Below, one piece after another: positions 17,482-25,480 of a stretch of 64,000 bases of DNA. The DNA is from a virus. The notes under the pieces were generated by a model that did not search any database, was not told where the DNA came from, and saw only the letters and a program-made list of their open reading frames with translations. Position 1 is the first letter of the stretch. Every line of letters starts with the position of its first letter. The translations under genes were made by a program, and so were the position numbers. The stretch covers positions 18,400 to 82,399 of the IMG/VR virus record IMGVR_UViG_3300021479_000013. The stretch is one strand, 5' to 3'.

Positions 17482-17926
17482 TTTCCCTCGCTTCCTTCTT
17501 CAATCTCTTCCTGTGCGCCTTCGTTCCTGTCCTGCCTGGGTATCCGATGTGTGTGAAACCTAAGGCTAGCCAGGCTGGTGATAAATTCAAGTACTGCCCT
17601 ATTCTGCACACGAACTTCGCCACAGTCAGCGTTGTAACCTTGCCGAGCCCGTAACGCTTATACGCGTTCTCGATCTTCCCGAGTAACGGGTTGCAACGAC
17701 TGCACAGAAGGCCACGAATTTCTCCCGTGGTGTGGTCGTGGTCTACGGATAGCCGACGACCTTTCACAGGTTCTGGCTGACCGCACGCGTAACAAACGCC
17801 GTCTTGAAAAGCCCAGATAATGTCGTACATCTCGGGCGTCAGCTTGTAACAATCCATCAGCCGCTTGGCCCTAGCTTTCGCCTTTGTTTTATCTTCCACA
17901 AAGGCAATACCACGGGTGGCATCCAA
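17465..17926 (-). CDS. Endonuclease VII family protein (resolvase or homing endonuclease)
   Basis: Y.LT...Y.....QDGVCYAC...LSVDHDHTTGEIRGLLCSRCN..LG. Confidence 0.9.
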   Translation of the reverse strand: MDATRGIAFVEDKTKAKARAKRLMDCYKLTPEMYDIIWAFQDGVCYACGQPEPVKGRRLSVDHDHTTGEIRGLLCSRCNPLLGKIENAYKRYGLGKVTTLTVAKFVCRIGQYLNLSPAWLALGFTHIGYPGRTGTKAHRKRLKKEARENDSSR

Positions 17927-17981
17927 TTACCCAATACTCCCTCCCCCGATTGTCCTGCCTCGTTGAAAATTAGTAAAACTT

Positions 17982-18290
17982 TTACAAATCCTGTAAGATT
18001 TCCGGCCTGATCTCTGCGCCGGTGACGTCGCTGTAAAACTGGCTGACAGAACGGGTCGGGTCTTGCTCTACGAGTTTGGCAGAGCATTCCGCGCAATAAG
18101 GCGGGGTGTCAATCTGCAGCATGATTGCCTCGATATTCATGGACGGTACCAGCTCGTGGTACCAGCATTCTGGCGCGCGCGTCTCGCCTGTCGACGCTAC
18201 CGTGTAATCTTCTGTGCCTCCCGCGCCAGTGTGTCCGCATCCTGTGCATGTCAAAGTTAGGGCGGGGCCGACAATAAGTGTCATTTTCAC
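17982..18290 (-). CDS. Hypothetical zinc-binding protein
   Basis: CTGC...CAEC. Confidence 0.55.
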   Translation of the reverse strand: MKMTLIVGPALTLTCTGCGHTGAGGTEDYTVASTGETRAPECWYHELVPSMNIEAIMLQIDTPPYCAECSAKLVEQDPTRSVSQFYSDVTGAEIRPEILQDL

Positions 18291-18568
18291 AGTGCTGCCT
18301 CCGAGTACGCGTAATCTTCGTTATTTCCGAAGTCAATACGGTCCAGGGGGTCATCGTCTGTTCTCTCGTATGACAGAAGACAGATGGAGTGAAATACGGA
18401 AATAGTTCTAATTATGCCCGATTCGGGACCGTCGTCTGTCGGGTCGTAAAACGAGTTAGGGCGTTCGCAGTAGTCGAAGTGTACGCTTGTTCCCGTCTCA
18501 GCGGCATCAAGCTCGAGGTTGATCAGCGTAATGTACCTGTCCAAGTCTTGTCTCTGTCTAGCGTCCAC
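18287..18568 (-). CDS. Acidic hypothetical protein
   Basis: GGAGG RBS; packed ORF. Confidence 0.55.
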   Translation of the reverse strand: MDARQRQDLDRYITLINLELDAAETGTSVHFDYCERPNSFYDPTDDGPESGIIRTISVFHSICLLSYERTDDDPLDRIDFGNNEDYAYSEAAL

Positions 18569-19039
18569 TTGTGGCCTCCTGGGGGGCTGTCAGGGCTTCG
18601 CGAATCTCGTGCTTAGCCTCGGACATCCGGATGCGGTTTAACGCGTCCTGGGGCGTCCTGTCTTCTCTCTTGGGCTGCTCTTTCCATGTCTTGCTCATGA
18701 TACGATATCCTCCCTGTTGATTACCATCTGCTGGCCGTCGATCTCGACTAAAACCTCTCCGTTGCCCAGGATGCCGAGCACGATAGCGTTAGCGTACGTG
18801 TTGCGCTCTCTTACAATTCGAATGACTTGATACTTTTTGAATTCGTCTCTAAACATCGGCTTCCTCTTTCTTGAAGACTACTTCCTTGGCACACTTCTCG
18901 CACGCGTCGAAAACTTGCCCTCGCTCGATGCGCCCGAATCCTGCAACATTGCGAGAGTCTTGTGTAGGGTGAGTCTTCTCACTCTTGCCGCAGAATCCGC
19001 ACTTATCGCGGTCGTACGGGCCGACAAACTGTAGTTCGC

Positions 19040-19129
19040 TCATTCGTTCCTGTCTCTCTTTCGGCCCATGTCGATCATGTTTATGGCTATAAGGCCGATG
19101 ATAATGTAAACTACAATCCAACCGCCCAT
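19040..19129 (-). CDS. 29-aa hydrophobic peptide
   Basis: MGGWIVVYIIIGLIAINMIDMGRKRDRNE; AGGAGG RBS; its stop overlaps the next ATG. Confidence 0.6.
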   Translation of the reverse strand: MGGWIVVYIIIGLIAINMIDMGRKRDRNE

Positions 19130-19138
19130 GTATCCTCC

Positions 19139-19320
19139 TGATGTGCCTAGCAGAAGGGCCTTGGACCTTTGGCCGTTCCCGGGTGTAGCCTAGTTACGAT
19201 ACCCGTCTTGATGGGTCGGGGTGTCCCCTTACATCGACGGACGTAGCATTGGTCGTGCCCTTCTGCGAGAAACATCTAACCTGGGTGAGGCGGGTTTCTC
19301 AGGTCCGCCTCTCTCTCACT
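19139..19320 (-). ncRNA. Putative structured leader or ncRNA (~180 nt)
   Basis: Non-coding stretch right after a promoter; stems GAGGCGG/CCGCCUC and GCAGAAGGGC/GCCCUUCUGC plus internal hairpins. Confidence 0.55.
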
Positions 19321-19326
19321 GAAAAC

Positions 19327-19384
19327 ATCTTACCACCGATCCAGTTTTCTGTCCATAGTACGGAAGTACTTTTCTGACTAGTAC
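19327..19384 (-). promoter_or_regulatory. GTAC-box promoter 1
   Basis: GTAC-N11-GTAC-TTCC-GTAC-TA-TGGACA-N17-TAAGAT. Confidence 0.8.
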
Positions 19385-19833
19385 TACCGCGCGACCGAAG
19401 CGCCGTAACGTCCGACCTGGGCCCGCACGAAGTGCAAATGTTTGCAGTTCAGTTTCTTGGCGAACTTGCTGAGGAGGAAGTTTTCGCAGGAGCAAATCCA
19501 GCCGCGAAAGTTAGGACGGCGGAAGTACGCGAACTTGTAAACCTTTCCCGACTCGCCCAAGACTTCGCCGTACACCTTCAAACTCGTGTCGGCGTTCTTG
19601 GGACGGGTCACTTTCAAAATTTCCATCACGCTGTCGGTGACGGTGGAGTGTTGAACCTCGTCGAGGGTAAAAGCGCCTTGATGGCCTTTCGCAGCGCCTG
19701 TTAGCATTTTCACGCTTACGGCTTCTCCGAAGTTCTCGTCAGCTTCAAAAACTTGGTCAACTGTCCCAGTGCCAGTCCAGTAGCTATTCGCAGAAGCAGG
19801 GATAAAAACCTTCTCTCCAATTGTATATGCCAT
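19384..19833 (-). CDS. SWIM zinc-finger protein
   Basis: GESGKVY...WICSC..F......CKHL. Confidence 0.75.
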   Translation of the reverse strand: MAYTIGEKVFIPASANSYWTGTGTVDQVFEADENFGEAVSVKMLTGAAKGHQGAFTLDEVQHSTVTDSVMEILKVTRPKNADTSLKVYGEVLGESGKVYKFAYFRRPNFRGWICSCENFLLSKFAKKLNCKHLHFVRAQVGRYGASVAR

Positions 19834-19909
19834 ATTAACTTCCTCCTTCGACCTAGAGTCGAACTAGAGAGGCAAGCCCTCGCTTGCCCCCTTGATTCGC
19901 TTCTAAGAG

Positions 19910-20104
19910 TCACGATCTTGTAATTTCAAAATCTCGTACAAGATAAACACCATCAGGTGTAACAGTGGAATCGTCCAGGTGAACGGTGATAAGTAATTCG
20001 TTGCGGTCATCGTATGTAATGCTCCGAATGCATCCGATATAATTTCCGAGAATTATTCGAACACGATCTCCGACCACCCAAAATTTATCATCCCAGATTG
20101 ACAT
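19910..20104 (-). CDS. Small SH3/KOW-like hypothetical protein
   Basis: VGDRVRII.G.Y.G; GGAGG RBS. Confidence 0.55.
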   Translation of the reverse strand: MSIWDDKFWVVGDRVRIILGNYIGCIRSITYDDRNELLITVHLDDSTVTPDGVYLVRDFEITRS

Positions 20105-20131
20105 GTTACCTCCTCTAGAAAGATTCTCGTC

Positions 20132-20410
20132 TTACTCGTAATACGTGCCGCCGAGAGCACCTTTAACTCGAACCAGCCCGCAGTCCAACATCATCCGGTG
20201 ACGTTCACGGCGTGATGAATTAACTTTTTCGAGTTTCTTAGCCTGGTAAAAAACGGAAACTGCGTTGTTGTAACCGACCGAATAAGGATTGCCCTCGGAA
20301 AAGTGTACAAAGTTTTCTCCAACGGGAACACCGTCGAAGGCGCACATCAGGGACCAAAGAAGCTTGACTTCCTTCCGGGCTGCTATAACTGCCTGCTGGC
20401 TCTTTGTCAT
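20132..20410 (-). CDS. Hypothetical protein sharing a domain with 22455..22760
   Basis: Start reassigned to ATG 20410 after GGAGG; LW..MCA.D......FV.FS..NP...YNNA. Confidence 0.7.
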   Translation of the reverse strand: MTKSQQAVIAARKEVKLLWSLMCAFDGVPVGENFVHFSEGNPYSVGYNNAVSVFYQAKKLEKVNSSRRERHRMMLDCGLVRVKGALGGTYYE

Positions 20411-20418
20411 CGGTGTTT

Positions 20419-20475
20419 CCTCCACTGAATGAAGTGTCTCATACTTCTCGAAATACGTCAATGGTACCAAAGTAC
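20419..20475 (-). promoter_or_regulatory. GTAC-box promoter 2
   Basis: GTAC-TTTG-GTAC-CA-TTGACG-N17-GACACT-N6-AGTGGAGG. Confidence 0.8.
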
Positions 20476-20687
20476 TACTTTAATCTGTTTCGATAGCGTC
20501 GCCTTAGACGAACTGGTAACACCGAAGTGGACTCTGAATTACCACCGATGCATTCTGCGATGGCATCTGCGATTGTTGAATCGTCGTCGAGAATTAGAGC
20601 GTGCCCAGATAGAGCATGCTGGTTGCCTTCGTTGTAAAAATTGTTGATCGCTTCCAGGATTTCAATCGCCCTTGCGAGTTTGCTCAT
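20475..20687 (-). CDS. Hypothetical protein
   Basis: GGAGG RBS. Confidence 0.55.
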   Translation of the reverse strand: MSKLARAIEILEAINNFYNEGNQHALSGHALILDDDSTIADAIAECIGGNSESTSVLPVRLRRRYRNRLK

Positions 20688-21201
20688 TTTCTGCCTCCGT
20701 CTTCCTAATCTGTGTGTACGTGATATCGAGAATTCGTTTTAAGGTCCCGTTGCCGCGAGCGCGAGCCCGCCTGTCGGGCTTTGTAGAGCAGTGTCCAGTG
20801 CAATATTTCTGGCCGCACGGTAATCGTGGAGTGCAAAAGTCGCTCATGGTCTCCTCCAGGTGTAAGTGTGTGATGGCAGAGAGAGCAACATACTGCCGAG
20901 ATAACTTTGCTTGCAGTATCCCCACAAAGTGACATGTCCTGTCCTGATGGCTTCTAGCGTTTGATATCTCCTGAGGCCGAGCCCGAATAGATACCACGCG
21001 TTGCCTGCAGCTTGCGTTGGGTTGGCGCTGGCAATCTCCCTGACTTCGAACGGCGCTTTAATTTTCATTCTCTCCACCCGTGTTCTTTCATTCGCTCGAT
21101 ACACTGGTCGTATCTGGCCATCCTCGCGGCGTGCTTGCGGTCGGTGTGCTGTTGCCTTACGATGTAGGCCAGGAGGGCTACAATCGCGGTGAGTAAGTAT
21201 A

Positions 21202-21387
21202 TCACGACTGCCTCCTGGTTGCTTTCCAGGTGTAGAAAATTTTTGCGTGGGACTCGTATCCGTCCGGGTAGTTATCGGCGTACCAGACGGCGTACAACGT
21301 GGCGTTGCCTTCTGACAGCCCCTGCCTATCCACCGCGTATGCCGCCGCGTGCCGTAGAATAAATTCGCGAAGGTCTCTCTTACTCAC
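21202..21387 (-). CDS. Hypothetical protein
   Basis: GTGA overlap with the upstream ORF. Confidence 0.55.
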   Translation of the reverse strand: MSKRDLREFILRHAAAYAVDRQGLSEGNATLYAVWYADNYPDGYESHAKIFYTWKATRRQS

Positions 21388-21551
21388 GACTTCTCCAATA
21401 TAGCGTTTGTGTTAATCGGCGTTGTGGGCGGCAAAAGAATAAGGCCTTTGTTTATAGAGAACGCGATAGCATAGCGCTGCTCTTGAGTTAATCCCGCATC
21501 CCCTAAGTTGAGAAGTTCGTCCAGGATTCTAATTGCTTTCTCTTTGTACAT
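21384..21551 (-). CDS. 55-aa hypothetical protein (not in the ORF track)
   Basis: MYKEKAIRILDELLNLGD...; directly after promoter 3 and a GGAGG RBS. Confidence 0.65.
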   Translation of the reverse strand: MYKEKAIRILDELLNLGDAGLTQEQRYAIAFSINKGLILLPPTTPINTNAILEKS

Positions 21552-21556
21552 GTCTT

Positions 21557-21629
21557 CCTCCACTGTTAGAAGTGTACCGCGAACCCGAGTTTAATGCAAT
21601 AGTACGGAAGTACCGATCTTTGATAGTAC
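21557..21629 (-). promoter_or_regulatory. GTAC-box promoter 3
   Basis: GTAC-N12-GTAC-TTCC-GTAC-TA-TTGCAT-N17-TACACT-N6-AGTGGAGG. Confidence 0.8.
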
Positions 21630-22177
21630 TAAAGCTGCGCCAGCTTGGCTGCGACCGCGCGCCTCTGGTATTCCTCCGCGTCAAACCTAGGACGGGTCTC
21701 GGCTGGCGCGACTACAGGTGTCCACACGTTGGGCGGCGGCATCAAGGACGCGGCTGGGACCTGTTTAGACGTCATCTTGACCTGGATAGCCACCCGCATC
21801 CTGGCGCGCGTCTTACTGCCTTGTACGTTGTCGTACACCACACCGTCAGTTAAGGCAAACGCGTGAGTCGTGCAGCAGAGGAAGAAACGGCCTTCCTTAG
21901 GTAGTCTATACATAAAGTGTTGGACCGTGGGACGCATATGCGAGTTTGTGAAAACCGATTTGTATTCTGAGACGATGCCCTCGGCCTTCAGGTCAGAGAG
22001 AACCTGGTCGATCAGGATTATCTTAGTACCCTTACGGGAACGACGGCCTTTCGCCTTAAGTCTGGAGTGAATGTCCGCATAAGGCAGGCCGGTGGTATTG
22101 GCCAGTGCGATGACCGCGCAGTCGTTCGTCTCGCCTAGTATGCGGTCCTTGGTGACGCCGAGAGATGTCTTGAACAC
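21629..22177 (-). CDS. Conserved phage protein with a possible papain-like Cys/His/Asp arrangement
   Basis: NDCAVIALA...Y...GR....GT...HAFALTDGVVYD; GTG start after GGAGG. Confidence 0.6.
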   Translation of the reverse strand: MFKTSLGVTKDRILGETNDCAVIALANTTGLPYADIHSRLKAKGRRSRKGTKIILIDQVLSDLKAEGIVSEYKSVFTNSHMRPTVQHFMYRLPKEGRFFLCCTTHAFALTDGVVYDNVQGSKTRARMRVAIQVKMTSKQVPAASLMPPPNVWTPVVAPAETRPRFDAEEYQRRAVAAKLAQL

Positions 22178-22185
22178 TTGGTGTT

Positions 22186-22242
22186 CCTCCACTGGATACA
22201 TGGTCTCATGGAACCGAAATTGGTGCAATGGTACTAGTAGAC
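22186..22242 (-). promoter_or_regulatory. GTAC-box promoter 4 (distal box degenerate)
   Basis: GTCT-ACTA-GTAC-CA-TTGCAC-N17-GACCAT-N6-AGTGGAGG. Confidence 0.75.
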
Positions 22243-22263
22243 AATTCTTTGGCGACCGAATTG

Positions 22264-22455
22264 CTAGCGCCCTCGTGCCAGTGTAATCAGTCCGGCCTGG
22301 TCTAACATCTTGGCCGCGAAGTGCGGGTTAGCGCCCTGGGGATTCTCGACGCCGTCTATCTCGCCGTTCTCGCACGCGTCTGAGAACCAGCCTAGAATAT
22401 TGTCGGCTGAGACCACGCGGTTATCGGGGTACAGGATGTGGAATGTCTCGGACAT
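22264..22455 (-). CDS. Hypothetical protein
   Basis: Stop/start overlap with the upstream gene. Confidence 0.6.
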   Translation of the reverse strand: MSETFHILYPDNRVVSADNILGWFSDACENGEIDGVENPQGANPHFAAKMLDQAGLITLARGR

Positions 22456-22760
22456 TACCGACCTCCTGCTAGCTTAGCCATCGCGTTGTTGTAGTCTACG
22501 GTCCAAGGATTCGAGTCGGAGAAGACCACGAAATTACTCCTGGGGTCTATCTTGTCGTGGGCGCACATCTTGTTCCAGAGATTCTTTACCACGAATTTCT
22601 GGGGGTTGGCCAATTCTGCCTTGCCAGTCTCAGGGTTAACGGGGAGAATTGATGTCTCGCCGTTTGACGCGCGCAAGACTCGAAACTCAACGCCCACGTA
22701 TGTCTTGGCCATATTGTTTAGGTGCCGCCTGATTACCTGCTGCGATGCTCGTGCTCCCAT
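22455..22760 (-). CDS. Hypothetical protein sharing a domain with 20132..20410
   Basis: Start reassigned to ATG 22760 after GGAGG. Confidence 0.7.
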   Translation of the reverse strand: MGARASQQVIRRHLNNMAKTYVGVEFRVLRASNGETSILPVNPETGKAELANPQKFVVKNLWNKMCAHDKIDPRSNFVVFSDSNPWTVDYNNAMAKLAGGR

Positions 22761-22768
22761 TGTCGTTT

Positions 22769-22841
22769 CCTCCACTGGATGCATTCTCTCACAACCCCGG
22801 AAAGCGTGCAATAGTACTTTGGTACCTATTTTCGGTAGTAC
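22769..22841 (-). promoter_or_regulatory. GTAC-box promoter 5
   Basis: GTAC-N12-GTAC-CAAA-GTAC-TA-TTGCAC-N17-GAGAAT-N6-AGTGGAGG. Confidence 0.8.
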
Positions 22842-23007
22842 TACTTGCGCTCTTCCTCGACCTGCATTATGCAGCAAGGTCCGTACGTGTATCTTGTGAC
22901 CGTGAAGACTTCCTGGCCTTCGATAGGCCTGGTGCAGCGAGCGCAACACTTCGCGAGGACACCTCTCAGGCCTTGGATGGTCTCGTGAACTAGCTTCGTT
23001 AGAGGTT

Positions 23008-23232
23008 TCACAGTCCCAACCCCGCGTTCAAGATTACTATCTCGGGGTCTGATAGGACGCGCGATGTGGGGATGCGGTCGGTTAACTTTTTGATTGCTCG
23101 ACGTGTGCGAATGTCGTGGAACAGCATATTTGATTCTGTGCGCAGCTGGTCGTTCTCGTGCATCCTGCTGAATGCCGCGTGAATCAAATTAACTTCAGCT
23201 TGAGATAGTTCTACGATGAATACGTCATTCAT
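23008..23232 (-). CDS. Hypothetical protein
   Basis: Packed ORF. Confidence 0.55.
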   Translation of the reverse strand: MNDVFIVELSQAEVNLIHAAFSRMHENDQLRTESNMLFHDIRTRRAIKKLTDRIPTSRVLSDPEIVILNAGLGL

Positions 23233-23491
23233 ATGTCACCGCCGACAGTTCAACATTGTACACCTTGCTGCCGTCGGACAGTGTCTCCTCTACAAGGTTA
23301 AGGCGGACGCTGTCAGAATTAATTGTGACGTAAGTCAAGTACTCGTTAACGGGGTGGTCCCGAAACTCTTTTAACATTCTGATAAGTTCATTAAGATTCA
23401 CAGCTGTTTCGGTATCGAGAATTTTCTTGCTCATCTGGTTATCCCTTTCCATATAACGATTGTCGCGAACTTGACCGCGAGTAATACGCAC
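23225..23491 (-). CDS. Hypothetical protein (start probably internal, at MSKK)
   Basis: Packed ORF. Confidence 0.55.
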   Translation of the reverse strand: MRITRGQVRDNRYMERDNQMSKKILDTETAVNLNELIRMLKEFRDHPVNEYLTYVTINSDSVRLNLVEETLSDGSKVYNVELSAVTYE

Positions 23492-23497
23492 ACCAGC

Positions 23498-23794
23498 TTA
23501 GCCGTTGACATAAGCCACCACTTCCCAGCGTCCGGACTCCATGCGGTAGAATGATGCGGACAGCCAGAGACCCTCGCCAATCTCCTCGTGCAGGCGAGAA
23601 GTGTGATAATCGACGTAGTGAGTAAAGTGATTCTCGCCGACCTCGAAGCCGTGGTCGTGTAAAATCAGTTCTATGGTGAGCATAGGAACTGCCTGGTGGT
23701 AGATGAGACCGAGCTTGTGCAGGTCGGCGTTGACCGCTTGCTTCCTGGCTCGCAGGCTTGGAATCTTTGACTGGCAGTTGGTGCAGAGTGTCAT
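23498..23794 (-). CDS. Hypothetical protein
   Basis: ATG 23794 after GAGG; ends YRMESGRWEVVAYV. Confidence 0.65.
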   Translation of the reverse strand: MTLCTNCQSKIPSLRARKQAVNADLHKLGLIYHQAVPMLTIELILHDHGFEVGENHFTHYVDYHTSRLHEEIGEGLWLSASFYRMESGRWEVVAYVNG

Positions 23795-23802
23795 GTTCGT
23801 GT

Positions 23803-23859
23803 CCTCACTGTTTTGGATTCTCTCACAACCTAGGAATATAGTCAATGGTACTTTAGTTT
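23803..23859 (-). promoter_or_regulatory. GTAC-box promoter 6 (distal box degenerate)
   Basis: AAAC-TAAA-GTAC-CA-TTGACT-N17-GAGAAT-N7-AGTGAGG. Confidence 0.75.
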
Positions 23860-24319
23860 AGCCCCACGCTATCGTCTTGTACCAGGCTGGTTCCGCTCCA
23901 GACTTGGTCAGGATGCTCTGGTATGAGAGAGCGATATCAAGGACGGAGCGCTTCACGTCTACCGTGTAAGCGAATCGTACCTGGGACCTGGAGTCCATTC
24001 CGGCGAAGGTGCACTTGTCTGTAATGACCTGGGTGCTGCCGTCTTCATTCACGTGGATCGATTGAACTTTGAGCCACGAGTATCCGAAGTTTCCGCCGTT
24101 TGTCATAAGCAGGTCTTTGAACTTGTCACCGACCGCCAGCTGGCTAACTGACTTGCTCAGAAGACGTGTGAATAAACTTTGTGCTGCGGTGCCTCGCTTG
24201 GTTAGCGTTTCCTTCTGGCCGCGACACCGGAAACAGGTAGTGCCGTAAGACTGGCAGTATGAGTACTGGCCGGAACCGTCGCAACGTGAGCAGGTCTCGG
24301 ATTCGAATAGCAGGGACAT
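23858..24319 (-). CDS. Protein with a DnaJ-like CxxCxGxG zinc finger
   Basis: CSRCDGSG...CFRCRG. Confidence 0.7.
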   Translation of the reverse strand: MSLLFESETCSRCDGSGQYSYCQSYGTTCFRCRGQKETLTKRGTAAQSLFTRLLSKSVSQLAVGDKFKDLLMTNGGNFGYSWLKVQSIHVNEDGSTQVITDKCTFAGMDSRSQVRFAYTVDVKRSVLDIALSYQSILTKSGAEPAWYKTIAWG

Positions 24320-24531
24320 TACTTGCCTCCATATAAGGATACCAACCCGATTGCAACCATATCGCTGAATACCTGGGTCATCACGTTGACCTTAAGATCT
24401 TGGACGGCCAGGTCCAGCTGGCGCTGCATTTCGTGGATGGACGCGGGGTGGGCGAGGGTACGAATATCCTTCGCGAGTAACTCCGCGTAAAGTGCGACTC
24501 GGACGACGCTGCTGATCTTTGTGTTTTCCAT
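24319..24531 (-). CDS. Hypothetical protein, probably leaderless
   Basis: ATG begins 7 nt after the -10 of promoter 7. Confidence 0.65.
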   Translation of the reverse strand: MENTKISSVVRVALYAELLAKDIRTLAHPASIHEMQRQLDLAVQDLKVNVMTQVFSDMVAIGLVSLYGGK

Positions 24532-24537
24532 GTTTGT

Positions 24538-24596
24538 ATTCTCTCACCGATCTAGATTTGTGTCCATAGTACTTCGGTACCGAATTTGTCTAGTAC
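24538..24596 (-). promoter_or_regulatory. GTAC-box promoter 7
   Basis: GTAC-N12-GTAC-CGAA-GTAC-TA-TGGACA-N17-GAGAAT-N6-ATG. Confidence 0.8.
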
Positions 24597-24838
24597 TTCG
24601 TTGCCTTCATGAATTCCTCGGCTGAGAGCATCCACGCCTCGCTGCCTGTGTCGTACCGTACGCTGATCGCTGGGACTGTGAAACGGCCCGATGTGACCGT
24701 GCCGGTTTGAAAGCATACGCCTAGGTCTTGGGTGACACGGTGTCGGACGCGGTCGTTTACCTTAATCTTGGTCGAGAGCGTTTGGTTGAACTGCGCGCCC
24801 TGGTTTGGTTCACCGAATAAAAGTGTGAATAGACTCAT
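24590..24838 (-). CDS. Hypothetical protein
   Basis: GAGG RBS; ATGA overlap. Confidence 0.6.
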   Translation of the reverse strand: MSLFTLLFGEPNQGAQFNQTLSTKIKVNDRVRHRVTQDLGVCFQTGTVTSGRFTVPAISVRYDTGSEAWMLSAEEFMKATKY

Positions 24839-25047
24839 GACTTCCTCGCTTTCATATCTTGTGCTATCTTGCCTTCGTCGAGTCGCTTGCTCACTTCGAG
24901 CCTTAATACCGTTGTGACCAGTTTGCCGTCTTGCCAGCTCTCCTCGAATTCGCGGCAGGTGCGGCCTTGTTTGATCGCGTGTGTGACCAGCTGGGCTCGC
25001 AGTTCGTGGCCTCTAGGGCTGTTGGGGAATGTGAATGAGTCTGTCAT
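24835..25047 (-). CDS. Hypothetical protein
   Basis: GGAG RBS; ATGA overlap. Confidence 0.6.
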   Translation of the reverse strand: MTDSFTFPNSPRGHELRAQLVTHAIKQGRTCREFEESWQDGKLVTTVLRLEVSKRLDEGKIAQDMKARKS

Positions 25048-25259
25048 TCTATCTCTCCTAGATTTACTGGCGTAAAGCTCTTATCGACCTTATAAAATTT
25101 CTCTCCGTTGCAAACCATGTCACGACGGCCTAGAAAACCGAGGTGCTGCCATGTCTTGCGATCACAGCAGGAACATTCAAATAGGCCCTTATAGCTCTTT
25201 CCTACGTAATGGGTCATTCGAACGTTTCGATTGCAGACCGTTGGTTCATGTGGTGTCAT
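25044..25259 (-). CDS. Small Cys-containing hypothetical protein
   Basis: ATG 25259 after GAGG, downstream of promoter 8. Confidence 0.6.
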   Translation of the reverse strand: MTPHEPTVCNRNVRMTHYVGKSYKGLFECSCCDRKTWQHLGFLGRRDMVCNGEKFYKVDKSFTPVNLGEIE

Positions 25260-25265
25260 GGTGTT

Positions 25266-25321
25266 CCTCACTGGTTGCATCGTCTCATGCCTTGGGATTG
25301 GAGTCAATAGTACGAAAGTAC
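25266..25321 (-). promoter_or_regulatory. GTAC-box promoter 8
   Basis: GTAC-TTTC-GTAC-TA-TTGACT-N17-GACGAT-N6-AGTGAGG. Confidence 0.8.
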
Positions 25322-25431
25322 TGTTCTATGATCGAGCGGACGATACAGGCAAGGGAGACCTGGCGCTGGGTTGCTAAGGACTGGAGTCTGACCAGCATGT
25401 CGGGCTTGAATTGGAGAAGGACTCGTTTCAT
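25285..25431 (-). CDS. Ribbon-helix-helix (CopG/Arc-like) regulator
   Basis: MKRVLLQFKPDMLVRLQSLATQRQVSLACIVRSIIEQY; GAGG RBS. Confidence 0.8.
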   Translation of the reverse strand: MKRVLLQFKPDMLVRLQSLATQRQVSLACIVRSIIEQYFRTIDSNPKA

Positions 25432-25450
25432 AGTTCTCACCTCGGGGAGG

Positions 25451-25480
25451 AGCTTAGCACAGAGTGATATCACTTGTCAA
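25451..25480 (-). promoter_or_regulatory. RHH gene promoter with a palindromic operator in the spacer
   Basis: TTGACA-N18-TAAGCT with extended TG; the spacer contains AGTGATATCACT. Confidence 0.7.

Noticed and set aside
19327-25321. The recurring GTAC elements as a CRISPR array or attC-like sites
   Set aside because: They are hundreds of bases apart, degenerate, and tied to -35/-10/RBS geometry. There are no constant repeats with uniform spacers and no integrase.
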